This document shows, one piece after another, positions 56,396 to 64,000 of a DNA stretch of 64,000 nt. The notes under the pieces were generated by a model, which saw only the letters and a list, made by a program, of their open reading frames with translations, was not told the DNA's origin and did no database searches. The translations under genes were made by a program, and so were the position numbers. How positions within the stretch are numbered: the stretch's first letter is position 1; the number at the start of each line of letters is the position of its first letter. Source of the DNA: Octopus sinensis (taxonomy: Eukaryota); NCBI RefSeq assembly GCF_006345805.1, contig NC_043009.1:58528001-58592000 (forward strand). The letters are read 5' to 3'.

Positions 56396-57079
56396 TCTGA
56401 AACTCTACATATGCTGTGCATATTTTTATATATAATAAGATAAAGTTAAAACAAGCTTCGTAAAAAAGCGTTTCATAAAAACACCCTGAAATCCTAGCCA
56501 GCAATTGTATTTCGCGAAAAGTACCAAACGTGATTTCTAATTGAATTAACAGTTTCTATTTTATGCGATTACCGTTTTCTGTACAACATTGATCATTGTA
56601 GAAAAAACACTTCGTTGACGAATTAGATAAGAAAATGTTTTAGATAAGAAAATTCTGTGATATTATACTTTATGATAAATGGTTTTCCATTGTTTTAAGA
56701 TTCCTATCAATATAAGTTATCTAACGACAGTAGATTTTTAAGATTGGCTTTCTATGTGAGTTTCAGCTAGAGTGTGGGAGAGATAGAGGTAAACAGAGAG
56801 GTAAGAAAGTGCTGTGTCCAAGCCGTAGTGTACAAAATAACTCAGTGGTTACAGTTTAATTTATTGTTAGTGATAGTTGCATGGTTCATCGATGCATGGG
56901 TAAATGATCTTAATTCGTTTTCAAACCAAAGTACGGTTTGCAATTACTGCTGCTCTATATTCCTGGAGAAGCTGCCAAAATTTGCTTATAGTATTCGTTT
57001 GGGAAATCTGTGAGTAGCACGCTAACGCAAAGTTACCTAAAATATTTTTAGCAATCGGCTCACCGATGATGAGGCATGT

Positions 57080-57410
57080 TCGTTAGTTAAGTTTTTGGCT
57101 CAAAAAGCAAAAAGCAAGGCCATGTAGGGGGACATGGAGTTATGTACAGGGTGGTGTGTATGTAAAGAGTTCAGGCCACTTGTGGTCAAGGGAGACTTTG
57201 AACCGAGCGGTCGTCGGCACCTTCACCGTCTCGTCCGGCAGCTTATTCCACGGATCCGCAACCCGGACGGAGAAAGCCCCTCTCCTTCGATTGAGATGAA
57301 ATCGTCGCAGATAGAGCTTTTCGGAATGACCCCGCAGCCGACGCTCTGGAGCAGGAGTGAAGAACAGCTCTTTCGAGAGGTTACACTTCCCGCTTATGAT
57401 GATTTCATCT
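57080..57410 (-). mobile_element. CR1-type LINE 3' fragment
   Basis: Stop-free minus frame ISGKCNLSKELFFTPAPERRLRGHSEKLYLRRFHLNRRRGAFSVRVADPWNKLPDETVKVPTTARFKVSLDHKW*, the classic RGH..KL/FS.RV...WN.LP pattern; short 3' UTR; GC-rich. Confidence 0.9.
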
Positions 57411-58109
57411 CAAGTGTGCCATCTCAAGTGTGTTTAGTTCATAGCATATAATAATGTCATCTTTATATGCTGGCACATTCATATACACTCTCAAATATGG
57501 CATATCAGAATATAACACGGTACGGTCGCACATGGAAAATCTTATAAAATAGATCTGGTCCATCAGATATTTTTCTATAGTGACGCAATGTAGAAGAGCA
57601 GGTAAGTGTTTCCTGGCGGTAAAAAAAGTGAAATACCATTCAAATCAGACCATGGCAATACGCATAGTCTCAATAATATAGACATCGCACTCATCCATTC
57701 TCGAACTGATTCGCAGAAGCAATAGCTTCAAATATAATCAAATACCTGAACTTCTACCTTCACGATATAACAGTATACAACACTAGATTACAAACAATCT
57801 ACAGCTTTCTCTGATAACATATATACAATGTAGACAAAGTCTCTCAAACCGAAGATTAATATTCGGGATGAAACTACTTGTCACTATTGGTTAATGGTGT
57901 ATGAACTAATGTATTGTTTGGAGAAGACTGAAAAGATATTTATCTTTGTTTAAAACGCCTGTGCTTACAATTTACAGTATGAATGGCATGAAGATGAAGA
58001 ACCAAGTGTGGCAGGAGATAACCGAAGCCTGAGTAGCCCCAGAATGGTTAATAATGATGATAATAAAATCATTTTCCATATCACGAACGAAAGTTCTAGA
58101 TTTGCAACA

Positions 58110-58345
58110 GCTTTTGGTGGCACGATGAGATATTGAAGGTGCTATAATGGACACTGTGCGAAAAGTGGGGTCTAGGGAGAGTCAAGACATCATGTGAGCA
58201 CAAACAGCGGACAGTGGTGGAGTCGGAAACCTGCAAATTCCTCTGGGATATCCCAATCGAAACAGGTGAGAAGCCTAGAGCATAACAGACCGAAACTAGT
58301 GTTGGTCGACAGGATGTGCTATATAGTTGATGTTGGGTGATGCTG
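58110..58345 (+). mobile_element. RLE-type non-LTR retrotransposon (R4/NeSL-like) endonuclease-region fragment
   Basis: HDEILKVL*WTLCEKWGL...CEHK...VVESETCKFLWDIPIET, then after a frameshift LEHNRPKLVLVDRMCYIVDV, matching RHD..LHW.LC / LWD / HNRPD..IDV. Confidence 0.75.
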
Positions 58346-58402
58346 GGAGCCATTATTTACACCCACAAATAGTCGAGAAGAAAGGCGAGAAAATAGATAC
58401 CT

Positions 58403-58635
58403 ATTTTTTTACTACCCACAAGGGGCTAAACACAGAGAGGACAAACAATGACAGACAAACGGATTAAGTCGATTATATCGACCCCAGATCGTAACTGGTA
58501 CTTAATTTATCGACCCCGAAAGGATGAAAGGCAAAGTCGACCTCGGCGGAATTTGAACTCAGAACGTAACGGCAGACGAAATACGGCTACGCATTTCGCC
58601 CGGCGTGCTAACGTTTCTGCCAGTTCGCCGCCTAT
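58403..58635 (-). mobile_element. SINE family B, full length with 11-bp TSD
   Basis: aatagatacct at 58392-58402 and 58636-58646. Confidence 0.93.
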
Positions 58636-58719
58636 AATAGATACCTTCAATCCCGTTAAGAACAAAATATGTTAGTACGTTAGAAGGAGTGGAAAAGTGT
58701 GTGAGAGATAGGAGGGGGA

Positions 58720-59560
58720 GAAAAACTGTAGAGACAGTCAGTGGTAAATTAAGCGATTAAATAGAGCTTGGTGAGAGGGAATCTTTAATCCAAAGAGGAG
58801 TAACTTGTTGACGCAGTAGGAAGTCCGTATTTCGACCGAGAGGTACTCATTTCTTGGAATAATTTGGAGGACTTATCCAGTTAAGTGCTCTGTCATTGTT
58901 TTGAAGAGAATCACGGGATATGTTGACCACTGAAGATTAAAAAATGTAAATAAAGAACGGATTTCAAAATCATGAAGAAATGGTTAATGTTGTCCTGAGG
59001 GTGGACAACTATAGCAATCGAGAGCAGACGTGGCGGAAACGAATAAGTTGTGAGAATGTGAATGGATTTGGAATAAAACCACCGTAAATTTGGACCAGGC
59101 TCTAACTCCATATCAACGAAAATGGTGGAATTTTTGAACACAGTGAAGAAAACCTGTAGCAACGCCATTCGCTTATAGGAGCAGTATTACACTGCCGGAC
59201 ACAACTGATTGTTGTAATTGGTAATTCACTTTTGAGAATCTAGAATGTTCTTATTTAGCTATTCTAGTTCTGAAAATTGAGGCTAGACTTTATTATACAG
59301 TTTTAACGTCTGTTTTTTTCCCCTCTATTTTTATGACTTTTTAAATGTGAAAAGCGAGCGAGATTAAAGAATAGTTGGCAATGTCAGAGAGATTCATGGG
59401 AATGTGATACACTATCACGCAATTTGATAGATTGAGATGGATTCTCGGAGATAGAGAATGATTGACTAGTTTAGCTGTTTGTGGATAATGAAAATACCGA
59501 CAAGATCAGTCACTGGTAAAAATTTATGACATTAATAACCTTTTATCCTTCATTCTGCCG
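58720..59560 (-). mobile_element. Decayed CR1/L2-type LINE APE-endonuclease region
   Basis: Weak frameshifted resemblance (SLQNNDRALNWISPP, TDFLL, SLSPSSI*SLNLPLTVS vs PLGSSDH.LISVS). Confidence 0.4.
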
Positions 59561-60204
59561 CTATGGTTCATTGCCACATTACGTAAATACGTATCATATA
59601 AAGGTAATGGATAAGGTGTAGATATGATATAAACGATTTACAGAAGTCGACGCAATCAGGTATATTGCCAGGTATTGTCACAACCTGTTTGATTGTGATG
59701 TCGCAACGTGACACGACTGTTTGATGTTCGAACAAAATTCCATGAACATCGACGTGACGATTGTTTCGATATAAAATATCGATAAGAGATAAATAGGAAG
59801 GAAAAATAAAATACCCAAAGAAAAAAGAATCATTCTAAATGGAATATTTCTATGCTGTTACAATATAGCTATATTCAACAATGGCTGCCACAGAAGCGAT
59901 AAGATCGGACATGTTTCCTTATAAATGACTAAAATTAAAGACATAAAATAAAAGGTATTTATATGTAGATATATAGCGGTGTACCAGTGTGACCTTAGTC
60001 GTGATAGTTGGAACAAACTAAAGCACTAAAAATATTATGTTTATTAATAGCAATTATTCTTGTTAATGTGGCCTTTGACAATACTTGCTGTTATTTTTCA
60101 CGCACGTTTCATTAAATATAAACTTGAACAGAAGCCTCGCTATTTGAGCTGCTAAATCTAACAACCGAATTTCCTCACAAATCACACATAATCGTCTTGG
60201 GGAG

Positions 60205-60345
60205 GAAAAACGATTACTGCCAAACTTCATCCTGTCGGGGTCGATTAAACAAGTACCAGTTAGGCACTGGGAGTCGATGTAGTGGACTTCCTCCCCTTGT
60301 TTGTCCCCTATATGTTTAGCCTCCTGTGGGCAATATAGAAATAAA
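60205..60345 (+). mobile_element. SINE family B 3' half
   Basis: cttcatcctgtcggggtcgattaaacaagtaccagt...gtttagcctcctgtgggcaat. Confidence 0.8.
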
Positions 60346-60801
60346 TATACTAGAGCGTAAAGAAACTAACATTGGTGAGGAGAGAAGAATCTAAACACAA
60401 TAATACACGTTGACATATATACGTTTAGCTTGATAAAACTACTTCATTCTGTGAGTTTATCTCACCTAAGAAATTATGTTGCGACATGCCGCTCGTAGTC
60501 CCTGAATATCTCATGAGGTTGGTGATTTTGTGTGGCTATTAAACATAAATTTTTACCTCTCATTTTTAGCAATTTCATGTGCTATTTTGCGCCCTCGTTT
60601 ATGAACATTGCCTTTTTGGTTTAAATTGCTATAGCCACCTCTATTATAATATATCTAATATAATATATTAATATATTATGATATATGTGTGTGTGCGTGT
60701 GTATGTGTGTGCGTGTGTATGTGTGTGCGTGTATACTCTACTTGCCTTTAAGTTTATATATGTAGATGTATATATATATATAATATATATATATATATAT
60801 A

Positions 60802-60926
60802 CAAAATAAGGAAATGGAGAAATACATCTTAATCAATAATCAACTACCAGATAATACCCAATCACATAATTTATTAAACCACTGTTGATTATTGATTAAG
60901 ATGTATTTCACCATTTCCTTATTTTG
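60802..60926. mobile_element. 125-bp MITE, 43-bp TIRs, TA TSD
   Basis: caaaataaggaaatgg(a/t)gaaatacatcttaatcaataatcaac inverted with 1 mismatch; 39-bp spacer; TA on both sides. Confidence 0.85.
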
Positions 60927-61107
60927 TATTATTAATTTGTGGTAAAACATTTTACCTTTGCCCATATAATACAGTGAATGAATCAATTGCATCGCAATTC
61001 TTAACATTTATGTATTAACGTTGTTGGGTGCTTTACTAGCAGTATATTGGATACATGTTATCCCATGGTGAGTTGCACTCACAACCCCTATATCAACTTG
61101 TATATTG

Positions 61108-61154
<47 letters not shown>

Positions 61155-61266
61155 GGCATTATACATACATGCCAGGAGGCATTCTACCTGACAATTTCTT
61201 GTTAAGTTTTCCTTATTAAGTAGTTGTCCTTAATTGCTATATATATATATTGTTGTGGTGTGTGTG

Positions 61267-61320
<54 letters not shown>

Positions 61321-62104
61321 AAATATATATATATATAAATATATACATAGCAAGGGTGAGAGAGAGAGAGAGAGATAAACATGTGTTTTTCACTTTACAC
61401 GTTTCAAATTCACTCACAAAGCTTTGGACAGTCTGGGGTTATAATAGAAGTCATTTGTTCAAAGTACCGCGCAAATGAGTTCAAGTGAAGACCGCTCCTT
61501 TGGAAAGCAATCTTCGTCACCATAGATACACGTCTACCCCCAAAACAGGGATAATACGTTTTTCAAGTTACTGCCAGTTTCTTCAAATTAATACAAAATT
61601 CTAAGATTTCTTCATATTTTCCAAAATTCTAAGAGCAACATGATACATGTATCTGCCAGTACATCAATAAATGCACTACATATAAAACTACCCAATAATC
61701 ATGGCCTAAATCGATTTAATTCTTTGTTAGCTTATTCAGGGCTGTCCTAGGTTAAATATCAATTATCCGAATAGATTAGATGTTCATGTCTTCTGTAAAT
61801 ATACACTGGCGAAACGTTTTTGATATTACTTGAGTTTCATTCTACAGAATTTGTAAATAAAACGAGCAATAAATACCTGAAGAGATGAACCATTTAGCGA
61901 CGCAATAATATAGCTTTGTGACAATCGAATTCAATGGTAACAAATTAGAAAATGAAAAAGAAACATGAACGAAATAGTTATCATGTGTTTTCTGGCAACA
62001 AGAAATGAATTGGTGAATTCCCATTTGAGTAATCCCTGCTATTTTGGAAGTAATGCTCAGCAATATATATATAGTGAATGTGTGCACATATGTATGTATG
62101 TGTG

Positions 62105-62137
<33 letters not shown>

Positions 62138-62982
62138 ATACATAGATAGATATATGTGTTTACATGCGTGTATATGTGTGTGTAAGTGTACATGTATATA
62201 TGTATAAATGCATATGTGTATATATATATAGGTATATACATACATACACAAACACACACACACACATATATATATATAGTGATAGATATAGATTCATATA
62301 GATATATACACACGTAGACACAACGGTAAGCCTTACATCTAAAGCAAGTGGATTGACCAAATGGGAATTATATATACACAACATTTTAAGCATATATAAT
62401 ACATGTATATATAGAGAGATACGGAACTACATACGTACATACATACAGACAGATATATGTGCATATGTAGGTATATACACGTAAACGTATACATATATAC
62501 ATATATAGGCATATATACACATATATGTTTATATATATGTTTATTTGTGTTTGTGTGTTGCTGGTGTGTGTGTGTGTGTGTGAGTGTGTGCGTGCATGTG
62601 TACATGTCAAATTGCCGATTGGGGACAAATCTTGTATCGGAAATTGTACAATTCATCAGATTTCGGTATATTTTAAACTAAATGTGGATTGCGTCCACAC
62701 GGGAGTTAGATATGAAGGAAAAGCGAAATTTGCGAACGCCATGTAAATTCTCTTTCTAAATTCAAGTATACATTCACACACTTACGTGTACACTTGTGCA
62801 ATTTACACACACATACACACATCCACGCTTGTACACACATACACTAACACTGACACACAATCTAACACGCATGCATATATATACATATATATATGTATAT
62901 ATATGCATATATATATATACATACATATATATGTTTATGTGTATACGAGTGTATCTGAGTGTTTCTGGATATTTATGTACAA

Positions 62983-63020
<38 letters not shown>

Positions 63021-63704
63021 ATATATGTGCAAGCATGTATTCATCTGTGTGTGTATACATGTGCATATGTATATATATGCATGTGTTGTTGTATGTGTGC
63101 GTAGGTGTGTATGTGTTCGTGTGTGTGTGTGTGCGTATGTGTGTGCGTGTGTTTCAGGATATAAAGTTTTCTTTGCAATCGTCTCCGTGATAAAGAGTCC
63201 GTGAAAAAAAAAGAGAAAAAAACATGTACGTAAAAGTGAAGTCAGGAATGAAGAAAACAAAACCAAAAATTATATTCAATAAATAGATAACATCCTCATA
63301 TACACTCACCAAGAAAATCTGTTATTGTTTGCATTATTTTGCCGCGCTGGGGGTAGCAATAGGCAAGGAAGAACATACAAAAACAATCAAAACAAAACGA
63401 CTCCTATCTACGAACACAATGAAAGACCAGTTGACAACGTGTGACAAACAATCCGCCATCATAGTTACAATGAAATTTCTCTCCGCGTCTCTCTCCCTCT
63501 CTATATCTACCCTCTTTCTCTTTGTATGTGTGAGACATGGATAGATAAATATATAGAAAGAGAGAGAAAGAGAGCAATGGTAAGAATGCAATTTATATAC
63601 AGAAGAATACTCGCAACCTGAGGATTTCCTTTCACAATTGTACATAAACCATATATATCGTGCTTTACGTTTGCCATTCTCATATGTTATGTTGTTCGAT
63701 CTTA

Positions 63705-63708
63705 CATC

Positions 63709-63752
<44 letters not shown>

Positions 63753-64000
63753 TATTATTATTATTATTATTATTGTTATTGTTATTATATTATTATATAT
63801 TATTATTATTATTATCATCATTATCATTATTATTATATTATTATTATTATTATATTATTATTATTATTGTTGTTATATTATTATTACTATTACTATTATT
63901 ATTACTATCATTATTATTATTATTATTATTATTATATTATTATTATTATTAATATTATTATACTATTATATTACTATTATTATTATTTATTATTATTATA
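63705..64000. repeat. Degenerate (ATT)n array
   Basis: Direct. Confidence 0.95.

Noticed and set aside
57134-57451. 105-aa plus-strand ORF
   Set aside because: It is the antisense shadow of the CR1 LINE fragment

Overview
AT-rich, repeat-saturated eukaryotic non-coding DNA (intergenic or long intron). I find no cellular protein-coding gene that can be supported: nearly all supplied ORFs are microsatellite translations. The mix of tRNA-derived SINEs and huge TA/AAT/TACA/ATCT arrays is most consistent with an octopus (coleoid) genome; this is an inference from recalled repeat families, not a search result. Content: about 15 copies of a CORE-like SINE carrying an internal microsatellite (family A); about 12 copies of a second SINE (family B, one with a perfect 19-bp TSD); two further tRNA-SINE families; an element associated with AAT tracts (family C); CR1/L2-type LINE fragments; an RLE-type (R4-like) retroelement fragment; Penelope RT and GIY-YIG remnants; a non-autonomous Helitron; and three or four palindromic MITE-like hairpins. 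Best leads: (1) two Penelope-type terminal repeats whose sequence fits a minimal, dimer-type hammerhead ribozyme with a variant core; (2) a near-perfect 158-bp hairpin; (3) an ETS+YY1 promoter-like island with a possible MASTK first exon on the minus strand; (4) a minus-strand recursive-splice-like AG|GTAAGT site; (5) several close inverted SINE pairs that could be ADAR substrates. All alignments were done by eye and boundaries of degenerate repeats are approximate.
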